From: Chloroflexota bacterium
GTDB taxonomy: Bacteria; Chloroflexota; Dehalococcoidia; Lucifugimonadales; UBA3495
Assembly (NCBI GenBank): GCA_022573285.1
Contig: JACZUF010000008.1
Location: forward strand, 9,962-73,961
Direction of reading: 5' to 3'
Length of the DNA stretch: 64,000 nt
Program-made: the position numbers and the translations under genes
Shown here: positions 18,896 through 28,134 of the stretch, piece after piece
How the letters are laid out: each line of letters opens with the position of its first letter
Numbering within the stretch: position 1 is the stretch's first letter
The notes under the pieces: generated by a model
Seen by the model: only the letters and a program-made list of their open reading frames with translations
The model's database searches: none
What the model was told of the DNA's origin: nothing

Positions 18896-18927
18896 AAATT
18901 AGGCGCGGTCCAGTATGGAGAGGCCCA

Positions 18928-19710
18928 ATGCGGAAGAATACCCTAAAACAGAAATTGAATGAAGGAAAGGCGGTTTTCGGCACCATGATCACCTTTCCCT
19001 CAGCCACGATGGTTGAGATGCTAGGGTGTTTGGGCTACGACTGGATATTGATCGACAACGAGCATGGTTCCATAACGGTGGACAATTCGGAAGATATGAT
19101 CCGGGCGGCCGAGTTAACGGGCATGGCGCCCATCGTACGCCCCGTCGGCAACGAGTTGGAGTTCATCTGCCCCTTCTTGGACCGCGGCGCCTGGGGCGTA
19201 CAGGTACCCCACGTCAACACGGCCGAAGAGGCCCGGAACGCCGTCGAGGCCGTCAAGTATTATCCCCTGGGCACCCGGGGCATATTCAGCCGCAGCCGCC
19301 CCGCCGGATTCGGCTTTTCCGGCTCCACCGGAGATTACGCGGAAGAGGCCAACAAGAACACCCTGGTCTGCCTGATGTTGGAAGAGGTGGAAGCCATCGA
19401 AAACCTGGAATCCATGGTCCAGGTGGAGGGGGTGGACGTGTTCTTCATCGGCTCCGGGGACCTGTCCCAGTCCATGGGCTACGTGGGCCAGCAAACCCAC
19501 CCGGAGGTCCAAGAGGTCATGGAGGAGGGAGTGGAGATCATCCGCAAGGCGGGCCGGATCGCCGGGGTTAGTTGCCCGGAGAATCTGGTGCCCAAATTCC
19601 TGGGCCTGGGTGTCCAGTATTTCCACGGCACGGTCCAGACCCTGATCCAATCATCCAGCAACGCATACCTGGACACCATGAGAAAAGCCGCGGGAGCGGC
19701 CGGGCTTTAG
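18928..19710 (+). CDS. HpcH/HpaI-family aldolase (2-keto-3-deoxy-acid aldolase)
   Basis: MRKNTLKQKLNEGKAVFGTMITFPSATMVEMLGCLGYDWILIDNEHG is the typical N-terminus of this family. GGAGAGG RBS before ATG 18928. Confidence 0.8.
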   Translation: MRKNTLKQKLNEGKAVFGTMITFPSATMVEMLGCLGYDWILIDNEHGSITVDNSEDMIRAAELTGMAPIVRPVGNELEFICPFLDRGAWGVQVPHVNTAEEARNAVEAVKYYPLGTRGIFSRSRPAGFGFSGSTGDYAEEANKNTLVCLMLEEVEAIENLESMVQVEGVDVFFIGSGDLSQSMGYVGQQTHPEVQEVMEEGVEIIRKAGRIAGVSCPENLVPKFLGLGVQYFHGTVQTLIQSSSNAYLDTMRKAAGAAGL

Positions 19711-19906
19711 GTAACAATTAATAAGCTCATCTCCAACTCCCACGCCTCGGCGGCGAAAGTGCGGCCGAATGAGGTTGACACACCGCCCGTTGGCCGGGAA
19801 AATGGGCCACAAGATTTGAAATATCATGGCGAACCGCCGGGAGAACGAGTGCAACGCATGCACTAGGCCGTTTTTCCGGACGCATGATTCTTGCGGAGTT
19901 GACGCG

Positions 19907-21307
19907 ATGGCCAATGAAAGCATCGATCTGATGGCCCATCTAATGCGGCGCGCCGGGTTTGGCGCCGATCGAGACGAGTTGGAACGGCGGGCCGCCAAGG
20001 GGTATGAGGCCACGGTGGAGGAACTGCTCAATCCCGTGGGAGAACGGGCCGACCGGGAGCACTTCCTCCGGTATCATCCAGGCTTCCGGCGCCCTATTAC
20101 CTCGCCGGGCATGGGGGGCTCAGCCTGGCTCTACGACATGATACATACCGGGCTGCCCCTGGAAGAAAAGATGGTCCTCTTCTGGCATCAGATATTCGCC
20201 ACCGGTCAGTCCAAGGTGGACCATTGGCACGAGTTGATCGCCCAAGTCGACATGTTCCGTGAAAAGGGGATGGGCAGCTACCGGGACATGCTGGTGGCGC
20301 TGGCCAAGAACCCGGCCATGATCTATTGGCTGGATAACTGCGACAACCACGGGTCCGGCGTCAACGAGAACTGGGGACGGGAACTGCTGGAGCTCTTCAG
20401 CATGGGTGTGGGCAACTACACCGAAGACGACGTCATGGAATGCTCCAGGGCCTTCACCGGGTGGACCATTTCCACCGTGCCTCCCCGGAATTACTACAGC
20501 AGGTTCGACTGGGAGTTCGAATACCAGGAGGAGGACCACGACGACGGTGAAAAGACCTTTTTGGGCCATACCGGGCGGTTCAACGGCGAGGACATCATCG
20601 ACATCATCTGCCAGCAGCCGGCCACGGCCGAATTCATAGCCCGGCACCTCTATAATTTCTTCGTGGCCGACGAGCCCCAAGTCCCCGCCTGGTCCGTGAC
20701 TCCTCCCAATGACCCCCAGGCCATTGAAGCCTTGGCCAAGGCGTTCACCGAATCCAACTACGACATCCGCTCGGTCCTGCGGGTGCTGTTCCTTTCCGAT
20801 TTCTTCAAGAACGCCCGCTTCACCAAGATCAAGAGTCCCGCCGAGATAGTGGTGGGCACGTTGCGCCTGGTGGGCCAGGATAAATTGCCCGCCCCCGGGA
20901 TCGGCGATCTTTCCAAACAAGCCGGATACATGGGGCAAGAGTTGCTCAACCCGCCCAGCGTGGAGGGTTGGCACACCGGCGTCGAGTGGATAAACAGCGG
21001 CTCACTGATGAAGCGGATCAACTTTGTCGCCGACATGTTGGGCGACACCAGCAGGCCCGGAGTCCGGCGGATAGTGGACCGGCTGCAAGCCCAGGGCAAC
21101 CTGGGGCCCGAGGCGCTGGTGGACAGTTGCCTGGACTTGGTCGGGCCGGTGAAAGCGGGCGCGGCCACCCACCAACAATTGGTGGAGCACGCCGCCCAAC
21201 GGGGCGAACTACGTTGGAACACCGAAGAAGACGCAGCCGCGTCCACCGAAAGGGTGGGGGAACTGCTTCAACTGATTGCATCGACCAAGGAATATCAGTA
21301 CGGCTAA
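19907..21307 (+). CDS. DUF1800 domain-containing protein
   Basis: HLMRRAGFGADRDELERRA... signature start of DUF1800. Followed by DUF1501, the usual pairing. GGAG RBS before ATG 19907. Confidence 0.75.
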   Translation: MANESIDLMAHLMRRAGFGADRDELERRAAKGYEATVEELLNPVGERADREHFLRYHPGFRRPITSPGMGGSAWLYDMIHTGLPLEEKMVLFWHQIFATGQSKVDHWHELIAQVDMFREKGMGSYRDMLVALAKNPAMIYWLDNCDNHGSGVNENWGRELLELFSMGVGNYTEDDVMECSRAFTGWTISTVPPRNYYSRFDWEFEYQEEDHDDGEKTFLGHTGRFNGEDIIDIICQQPATAEFIARHLYNFFVADEPQVPAWSVTPPNDPQAIEALAKAFTESNYDIRSVLRVLFLSDFFKNARFTKIKSPAEIVVGTLRLVGQDKLPAPGIGDLSKQAGYMGQELLNPPSVEGWHTGVEWINSGSLMKRINFVADMLGDTSRPGVRRIVDRLQAQGNLGPEALVDSCLDLVGPVKAGAATHQQLVEHAAQRGELRWNTEEDAAASTERVGELLQLIASTKEYQYG

Positions 21308-21329
21308 GTTCGGTCATTAGGAGAAATCA

Positions 21330-22463
21330 ATGACTACGGTCAAGAAAGACCCGGTGCTGGTGGTTCTCCAGCTTTCCGGCGGCAATGACTACCTGAATAC
21401 GGTCATACCCTACACCGACCCTATATACCGGGACAGCCGTCCCGCGGTGGGCATTCCAGAGGGCCAAGTCTTGGGTATCGACGGCGACGTCGGGTTGCAT
21501 CCGGCCATGGGGCCGGTCAAGGACCTGTACGACCAAGGTAAGGTGGCCATCGTGCACGGCGTAGGCTACCCCGACTCGCCCCGCTCCCACTTCCGGTCCA
21601 TGGACATCTGGCACACCTGTGAGCCGGAGAAGCTGGGCACCGAGGGCTGGCTGGGACTGGCCACCAGAGACCTGGACCCTCGGAAAGAGAACATCGTCAC
21701 CACTGTCAGTTTCGGCCCCAGCCTGTTCCGGGCTTTGGTGTTGCCTGGCGTACCGGTGGCCTGCGTGGACAATCTGGAATCCTACGGCCTGCTGACGGGA
21801 ATCTCCGGAGAACAACAACGGGAACAGATTCTGGACCGCTTCTCCCGCATGTACGCCCCCGAGTTGGGCGCCGACGTGGTGACCGAATACCTCGGGCAAA
21901 CGGGACTCGAGGCCATGAAGGGAGCCGACATCCTGAAGGCCGCCCCCGAGCGTTACTCCTCCAGCATCGAATACGCTGAAACGACCATCGCCCAGAAGCT
22001 GAGGGGAATCGCCCAAATTCACCTGGCTGGGCTGGGCACCCGGATCTTCTACTGCGACCACGGCAGCTTCGACAGCCACGCCAACCAGACGGGGATGCAC
22101 GCCACGCTGTGGACCGATGTTTCCCAAGCCATCGACGACTTCTTCGCCGACCTCCGGGCACACGACGCCGCGGACAACGTGGTCATGCTGCTGTTTTCCG
22201 AGTTCGGCCGACGGGTCCGTGACAACGGCTCGGGCACCGACCACGGGGCTGCCGGGGCCGCATTCATGATAGGCGACGCCATCAAGGGCGGGCAGTACGG
22301 CGAGTACCCCTCCAGAAAAGCCGGCGACCTGCAACAGGGCGACTTGGTGCCCAATCTAGACTTCCGGGGTCTGTACACCACCGTTTTGGAGGACTGGCTC
22401 GGTCTGGACGCCAAGCCCATCGTCAAAGGAACCTTCGAGGCGCCAAAGTTTATTCATGCGTGA
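21330..22463 (+). CDS. DUF1501 domain-containing protein (sulfatase-fold)
   Basis: ...FSEFGRRVRDNGSGTDHGAAG... typical DUF1501 C-terminal motif. The N-terminus has no twin-arginine leader. Confidence 0.75.
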   Translation: MTTVKKDPVLVVLQLSGGNDYLNTVIPYTDPIYRDSRPAVGIPEGQVLGIDGDVGLHPAMGPVKDLYDQGKVAIVHGVGYPDSPRSHFRSMDIWHTCEPEKLGTEGWLGLATRDLDPRKENIVTTVSFGPSLFRALVLPGVPVACVDNLESYGLLTGISGEQQREQILDRFSRMYAPELGADVVTEYLGQTGLEAMKGADILKAAPERYSSSIEYAETTIAQKLRGIAQIHLAGLGTRIFYCDHGSFDSHANQTGMHATLWTDVSQAIDDFFADLRAHDAADNVVMLLFSEFGRRVRDNGSGTDHGAAGAAFMIGDAIKGGQYGEYPSRKAGDLQQGDLVPNLDFRGLYTTVLEDWLGLDAKPIVKGTFEAPKFIHA

Positions 22464-22469
22464 CGGCCC

Positions 22470-22540
22470 CCCCATCCTAACCTTCCCCCGGGACGGGGGA
22501 AGGGGTGATTCTCTCCCCCTTGAGGTGGAGAGTTAGAGCG
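22470..22540. repeat. REP-like double hairpin
   Basis: CCTTCCCCC-gggac-GGGGGAAGG (22482-22504) and CTCTCC...GGAGAG (22512-22533), lying immediately after the DUF1501 stop. Confidence 0.6.
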
Positions 22541-22603
22541 GGGGTGAACTGCCTGCCACCACCCAGTTTCACCAAGTCGTAGCGATACCGGACAAGGAAA
22601 AAT

Positions 22604-23668
22604 ATGCAAACGCAGATAGCAGCAGGCCGGGTGTTCGATTTCAGCCACGCCGTTGGCCGGTCCGCAGCCTCGGGAATGGGATTCAGGGTCCCCGTTGCCG
22701 TGGCTATAGGAACCGGCGCCGGGGCCGACGCCACTTATGTGGTGAACCGTGGCTATGAGATGGTCTCCAATGTGCCGTGGAACCGGACGGCCCTGGGCGT
22801 CCGCATCTCCAAGGTTGTTCTGGGCGGGGTGTCGGGAGAAGAGGAGTTCGTGACGGATTTCAGCACTTACGGAGACGCCCCAGGGCAGGTCATATGGCCG
22901 GCCGGGGTGGCGGTGGACAGCCAGGGAATGGTCTACGTTACCGACGAATGGTTGAACCGTATATCCGTCTTCGACGGCGACGGCAATTTCTTGAAGTGCT
23001 GGGGGGCCTCCGGGGATGGGAATGGCGAACTAAACGGCCCTTCGGGCATAGTTATTGATCCCCAGGACGACCTCTACATCGCGGACACCCGCAACCACCG
23101 GGTCCAGAAATTCTCCAAGGAGGGGGCCCACTTGGCCACCTGGGGAGGGTTCGGCAGTGGTGAAGGCCAACTCGATTCACCATGGGGCATCGCGTCCGAC
23201 TCCGATGGGTACATCTACGTGGCCGACCACATGAACCACCGGGTGCAGAAATTCACTCCGTCGGGCGAATTCGCGGCGTCCTTTGGCAGCCAAGGCACGG
23301 GCACGGGCCGGGGCGAGTTGGGCCGCCCGTCCGGTGTTGCTGTGGACTCCGACGGCGACGTTTATGTATGCGATTGGTCCAATGACCGGGTCCAGGTGTT
23401 CGGGCCGGACGGACGGTTCGTCACCAGCCTGCTGGGAGACGCCCATGAACTGTCCCACTGGGCCAAGATGACGGTTTCGACCAACCCAGACTTAGTAAGA
23501 CGCCGCCGCGAGGTCAAAGACCCCCAGGTTGAGTGGCGGTTCTCTCTGCCCGCCGACCTGGTCTTCGATACGGTCCATCAGCGCCTGATCGTCGTCGATA
23601 CCCAACGCATGCGATTACAGATCTACAACAAGCTGAAGGACTACACGATTCCCTCCCGCACGCTTTAG
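22604..23668 (+). CDS. NHL-repeat beta-propeller protein
   Basis: Repeated ...YIADTRNHRVQKFS / YVADHMNHRVQKFT / YVCDWSNDRVQVFG... blades. Confidence 0.85.
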   Translation: MQTQIAAGRVFDFSHAVGRSAASGMGFRVPVAVAIGTGAGADATYVVNRGYEMVSNVPWNRTALGVRISKVVLGGVSGEEEFVTDFSTYGDAPGQVIWPAGVAVDSQGMVYVTDEWLNRISVFDGDGNFLKCWGASGDGNGELNGPSGIVIDPQDDLYIADTRNHRVQKFSKEGAHLATWGGFGSGEGQLDSPWGIASDSDGYIYVADHMNHRVQKFTPSGEFAASFGSQGTGTGRGELGRPSGVAVDSDGDVYVCDWSNDRVQVFGPDGRFVTSLLGDAHELSHWAKMTVSTNPDLVRRRREVKDPQVEWRFSLPADLVFDTVHQRLIVVDTQRMRLQIYNKLKDYTIPSRTL

Positions 23669-23709
23669 GTCCTTTCAGTAAACTGAATCCCCGGATAAAA
23701 GGTGGGCTC

Positions 23710-24789
23710 ATGGCAAGTGTATTTCTTGGGATAAACGACCGCACGTTCACCTACGAGTCGACTGCGGCCCGCGCCGAGCATGTCGGGGCCGGGGTGCGCT
23801 ATCCCATCGACTTCGCCCTGACATCGGAAGACGTCGCCTACATCGTGAACCGGGGCCGCGAAGACCGGCCCGACGGCACCCGGCTGACCGTGATCAGACT
23901 GGGCGAAGAAGGCGAAGAATACGTCACCGAGTTCGGCTCCTACGGCGAAGGAGATGGCCAATTCATCTGGCCCGTCGGCATCGCCCTAGACCAAGACACC
24001 AACGTCTACGTCACCGACGAGTGGCGCCACCGGATCACCAAGTTCAACAAGGACGGCGAGTACGTCTCCCACTGGGGAGTCCACGGCTCCGCGGATGGCG
24101 AGCTAGACCGGCCCGCCGGAATCGCCATCGGCCAAGACCAAACCGTATACATCGTGGACAGCCGCAACAACCGGGTGCAGAAATTCAGCCTGGACGGCAA
24201 GTTCCTGGGGAAGTTCGGCTCGGCCGGGACGGCCGACGGAGAGTTCAACCTGCCCTGGGGTATCTGCCTGGACCACCAGGAGAACGTGTTCGTCGCCGAT
24301 TGGCGCAACGACCGGGTCCAGTCGTTCACCTCCGATGGGAAATGGCTGGCCACCTTTGGCAAACCGGGCCCCGTCGGCAAGCCGGGCACCGGCGGCGACT
24401 GCTCCATCATCAAGGAGCAGGGCGGCATCATCCGCTCCAACGTCCCCGTGGGCCAGTTCAACCGGCCCACGGGTGTCTGCGTAGATCAGGACGGCGACAT
24501 CTACATCGCCGACTGGCTGAACAACCGGGTGCAGGTGCTGACCCCGGACGGACGGTTCATCACCGAATTCACCGGTGACGGCGGTCTCTCCACCATGGGC
24601 ATCGCCAAGCTAAGGTCCAACCCCGAGATGATCCGGCAGCGCAACGGCATCCGGAACTTCACCCCGGAGAGGGTTCTCTGGGCGCCCTGCGCCGTGAAGA
24701 TCGGCCAAAACAACCGGGTGATAATCGCCGACACCACCCGCCACCGCTTCCAGATCTACCGCAAGAACACAGAGCCGGTGCTGGTCTAG
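23710..24789 (+). CDS. NHL-repeat beta-propeller protein (tandem paralog)
   Basis: Repeated YVTDEWRHRITKFN / YIVDSRNNRVQKFS / FVADWRNDRVQSFT / YIADWLNNRVQVLT. ATG 23710 is chosen because the track start at 23533 overlaps the previous gene. Confidence 0.85.
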   Translation: MASVFLGINDRTFTYESTAARAEHVGAGVRYPIDFALTSEDVAYIVNRGREDRPDGTRLTVIRLGEEGEEYVTEFGSYGEGDGQFIWPVGIALDQDTNVYVTDEWRHRITKFNKDGEYVSHWGVHGSADGELDRPAGIAIGQDQTVYIVDSRNNRVQKFSLDGKFLGKFGSAGTADGEFNLPWGICLDHQENVFVADWRNDRVQSFTSDGKWLATFGKPGPVGKPGTGGDCSIIKEQGGIIRSNVPVGQFNRPTGVCVDQDGDIYIADWLNNRVQVLTPDGRFITEFTGDGGLSTMGIAKLRSNPEMIRQRNGIRNFTPERVLWAPCAVKIGQNNRVIIADTTRHRFQIYRKNTEPVLV

Positions 24790-24831
24790 CCCCAGGGTCG
24801 CATCCTTCATCTGTTGAACCCTGAAAATAAT

Positions 24832-24869
24832 GTAGGGGCACGGCAATGCCGTGCCCCTACGTGCGAATC
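24832..24869. repeat. REP-like palindrome GTAGGGGCACGGC-AAT-GCCGTGCCCCTAC followed by GTGCGAATC
   Basis: 13-bp perfect stem read directly. Located between convergent genes. The tail GTGCGAATC is shared with the copy at 37211. Confidence 0.8.
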
Positions 24870-24898
24870 ACCCTCCTATCATGTGCCCGCCTGGCGTG

Positions 24899-25618
24899 TT
24901 ATGCGGGCTGGGCGACCGCGCCCTGGAAACGGGCCTCCAGGTCTTCCAGCAGGGCCTGTTCCGCTGGGTCCAGTTCGGAGTGCACCCAGTCGATGACCCA
25001 GCGGGGGTCTTCGGCGGTATCGTCGATGAGCAGCCGCCTGACGATATATAGCTGCCCGGCTTCGTCTATTTCGTCGCGCACCAGGGGGCAGACGAAGGCC
25101 TCTTCGTTCTCGAAGTGGTCCAGCTCCAGGATACGGACACCCAGCAACCGGCTGTGGATGTGGCGGATGGTGCGGGCGGTCACCTTCTTCTCGCCCAAGA
25201 CTTCCTTCAGGGCATCTTCCACCTCGTGTGACCGCTCCTCAAACTCTTTATGTTGTTCCTCTTCCAGGGTAAAGAGCGCCTGCCGGACGCTTTCTTCCAG
25301 TCCCGCGGCTTTGCCCTTGGCGATGAATTCGGCCAACTCACCGGCTTTTCCGGCCAGTTCCGCGTGCTCGGCCTCGTTGTCACGGGCCGGCTGGCTGTCT
25401 TCCAGCGGGCCGGTCATCACTTCGTCCTCGACAGTCGCATGGTAGAGGATCTGCTTGACCTAGAAACCGAACGCCTCGTTCAACTCGGCTATGTCTTCAA
25501 CGGTCGACGCATCGGCGGCCAAGGCCTCGGTCCGGTCGGACACCGCCCGGAAAGCCTTGTGCATCAGCGGCATTACGTCGATGGGGTGTTCCAGCTTGCT
25601 GATCCTTTCTGCGGCCAT
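24899..25618 (-). pseudogene. Hemerythrin-like (HHE cation-binding) protein interrupted by an in-frame TAG (pseudogene, recoding or base-call error)
   Basis: ATG 25618 with a GAGGTGAGG RBS gives MAAERISKLEHPIDVMPLMHKAF...LNEAFGF, then TAG (25462..25460), then VKQILYHATVEDEVM..., continuing in frame into the track ORF 24899..25420. HHE-type H/E motifs occur on both sides of the stop. Confidence 0.65.
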
Positions 25619-25651
25619 ATCCTCACCTCTCGTATCGTCTGGACGTCGGCC

Positions 25652-26298
25652 CTACTGGGCCACCAGTAGGGCTTGGTTGATACGGGACTCCAGCGCCAGC
25701 AGCAGTTCGTTCTCTTTGGTGGTAAGGTCCTGGGATATCCAGTCGATCACCCAATGCCGGTCATCGGCGTCGCGGTCGACCAACAGCCCGCCAACGACCT
25801 CCAACTGGCTCTTTCTGGAGAGGTATTCCCTGAGCAAGGGAGTCACCATGGCCTCCTCGGTTTCCAGGTGGTCTTCTTGGGCCACGCGAAGGGCTATCAC
25901 CTGACCGTAGAGGTGCTGCTTGGTGCGGGAGATGACGCTGGTGGTCCCAATGTCCTCTCCAGCACAGTCATGACGTCGTGAACACCATCAAGGAGCCTCA
26001 TGTATTCGGCGTCTTCTTTTTCCAGGAGGGCCCATTTGACCCGTTCGACCGGGTCATGCGACGAGGACAGGCGGGACTCGTCCACGAACTTGGACATCTC
26101 GGTGCCCACCTCTTTCTCGGCGTGGTACATGAGGGCGGTGGCCCAGGCGGTGAACGCCAACTTGAAAGCCTGGAGGCTACACCCGTTTTCGAGGCTACGG
26201 GCCAGCTCGACGGTCCGGTCAGCCTCGCCCCGCAGGGCTTTGTGGATCAGATACATCGCGTCGATGGGTTGCTCGAGGGTGGTGATCTCGGCGGTCAT
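25652..26298 (-). pseudogene. Hemerythrin-like protein, tandem paralog, interrupted by a 1-nt frameshift
   Basis: ATG 26298 with a GGGAGG RBS gives MTAEITTLEQPIDAMYLIHKAL...DVMTVL. Homology to the neighbour then continues in the -1 frame (GEDIGTTSVISRTKQHLYGQVIALRVAQEDHLETEEAM...), which is the track ORF 25652..25900. The junction is at gtgctggagagg, about 25925. Confidence 0.65.
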
Positions 26299-26493
26299 GC
26301 CAGTCCTCCCAATGTAGCTATTCGCCTGAAAGTAATTATCGCGTGAGCTTATTATATTTGTCAATACTAAGTGATTGCTATTATTACTATTCGATATACA
26401 AATGATACTAGACGAGGCGCAACCCTGCCCAGTGCGTCTCGACCCTGACCAACAGCGCCAAGGGTAACTTTCAACGCAGTCCAAAAAGGGGCC

Positions 26494-26525
26494 AATAAAA
26501 AAGGGAGGGCCGTCGCCCTCCCTTT
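26494..26525 (-). terminator. Rho-independent terminator after DAHP synthase
   Basis: GGGAGGGC-cgtc-GCCCTCCC (26503-26522). On the minus strand the stem is followed by TTTTTTATT. Confidence 0.75.
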
Positions 26526-26547
26526 CGATTCCAACGTGCGGGGTAGG

Positions 26548-27570
26548 TTAGCTGGCGGTTACCGGCTGCTTCCTCACCGAGGCAATGGCGTTGACCTGCT
26601 CCATCAGCATGTCGAAATTCTCGAAGGTGAGGGACTGGGGGCCGTCGCACTTGGCCAGGTCCGGATTGGGATGGACCTCGATCAGCAACCCGTGGGCCCC
26701 GGCAGCCACCGAAGCCAGGGCGACGGGGGTGACCAGGTACCACTTGCCGGTGCTGTGGCTGGGGTCGGCCACTATGGGCAGGTGGCTGAGCCGCTTGATG
26801 ACAGGCACGGCGGCCACGTCCAGAGTGAACCGGGTGAAGGTCTCGAATCCGCGGACGCCCCTTTCACAGAGGATCACCTGCTCGTTGCCCCCGGCCATCA
26901 CGTACTCGGCGGCCAGCAGCCATTCTTCGTAGGAGGCGGAAAGACCACGCTTGACCATCACCGGCTTCCCGACCACGCCGACCTCGTCCAACAGGCTGTA
27001 GTTCTGCATGTTCCGGGCGCCGATCTGCAGGATGTCGGCGTACTTGGCCACGGTGTCCACGTCGGCCGGGGACATGACCTCGGTGATAATCGGCAGGCCG
27101 GTTTCCTGCTTGGCCAGTTGGAGGAGTTTCAGGCCGTCTTCGCCCATTCCGCGGAAGCTGTAGGGAGACGTCCTTGGCTTGAATGCGCCGCCCCGCAGCA
27201 CGGTGGCGCCGGCGGCCTTCACCGCCTTGGCGGTGGAGACCATCTGCTCCTCGTCTTCGACGGAGCACGGGCCGGCCATGATCACGGGATCGGGCCCGCC
27301 GATCACGGCGTCTCCGACCTTGATGATGGTGTCACTGGGATGGAATTCCCTGCTGGCCAGCTTGTAGGGCTTGGAGATCATCACCACTTCGATGACTCCG
27401 TTCAGCAGTTCCACCTCGTCCTTAAAGTCCGGGGGAATAGACCCAAGGACGCCCACAACGATTCTCTCCAATCCCTGGAAAATCTGGGCCTTCAAGCCGC
27501 GGGCTTCGATGCGCTCCCGGACGACGCCCAAGTCTTCCTGGGCGGTATCTCGCGCCATTACGACAATCAT
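26548..27570 (-). CDS. 3-deoxy-7-phosphoheptulonate (DAHP) synthase, type I-beta with N-terminal regulatory domain
   Basis: MIVVMARD...KPYKLASREFHP...IMAGPCSVE...LRGGAFKPRTSPYSFRGMGEDGL...QIGARNMQN...ADPSH is colinear with the Thermotoga-type enzyme as I remember it. The start is moved to ATG 27570. Confidence 0.9.
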   Translation of the reverse strand: MIVVMARDTAQEDLGVVRERIEARGLKAQIFQGLERIVVGVLGSIPPDFKDEVELLNGVIEVVMISKPYKLASREFHPSDTIIKVGDAVIGGPDPVIMAGPCSVEDEEQMVSTAKAVKAAGATVLRGGAFKPRTSPYSFRGMGEDGLKLLQLAKQETGLPIITEVMSPADVDTVAKYADILQIGARNMQNYSLLDEVGVVGKPVMVKRGLSASYEEWLLAAEYVMAGGNEQVILCERGVRGFETFTRFTLDVAAVPVIKRLSHLPIVADPSHSTGKWYLVTPVALASVAAGAHGLLIEVHPNPDLAKCDGPQSLTFENFDMLMEQVNAIASVRKQPVTAS

Positions 27571-27730
27571 TTCAGAACTCACCTTTTGATACGTGGATTT
27601 AACCGTATTTCGCTTGGTCTTTGGGAGGAACTGGGACAGACCTTAAACGAAATACCTCACCACACCAAAGTGCCTGCGGCTTTGCCAGCCGCAGGCCCCC
27701 CTCACGCTCATCCGGGGCTTTCCCAGCGCT

Positions 27731-28084
27731 CTAGGAACGTAGGTCCTTGGCCCCTTTTAGATATCTGTATACCAGGTCTTTTGGCTCCTTATCCGTATTC
27801 ACTAGTATAAGTATCCTGATACAGCGGGGCAAGCTGCCAGCCACGACCACCTGGGTGGAGTCCATGAGCGGGACGTTGGGCCAGGCCGATTTTCGGGCGG
27901 CCGTGGCTGGCCAGGCAGCGTCAAGGTCCGGGGTCATGGTGAAAAAGACCGCCGCCAGAGAGTCCTCTTCCAGACCGTTGGCGTCGATCAATGCCTGGAC
28001 CAACTCGGAGGTGGCCGTGTGTATGGCCTCTTCGGTGTTGGCGTCGGCGGTCGTCGCTCCCCTTATTCCGCGGCAAGCTGTCAA
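27731..28084 (-). CDS. aroH: Chorismate mutase, AroH class
   Basis: 117 aa starting ..CRGIRGATTADANTEEAI.. (RGIRGAT motif of AroH). AAGGAG RBS before a TTG start. Confidence 0.8.
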   Translation of the reverse strand: MTACRGIRGATTADANTEEAIHTATSELVQALIDANGLEEDSLAAVFFTMTPDLDAAWPATAARKSAWPNVPLMDSTQVVVAGSLPRCIRILILVNTDKEPKDLVYRYLKGAKDLRS

Positions 28085-28134
28085 CTGGATTGCTCCTTAG
28101 GGACTGGATCGCTCCTTGAGGATTAGAGCGCTTC

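Noticed and set aside
25460-25462. In-frame TAG in the hemerythrin-like gene as a pyrrolysine codon or programmed read-through.
   Set aside because: No pyl genes are in the window. The codon aligns with a TGG Trp in the adjacent paralog, one transition away. A nonsense mutation or base-call error is therefore far more parsimonious. It is kept only as a finding to be checked in reads.
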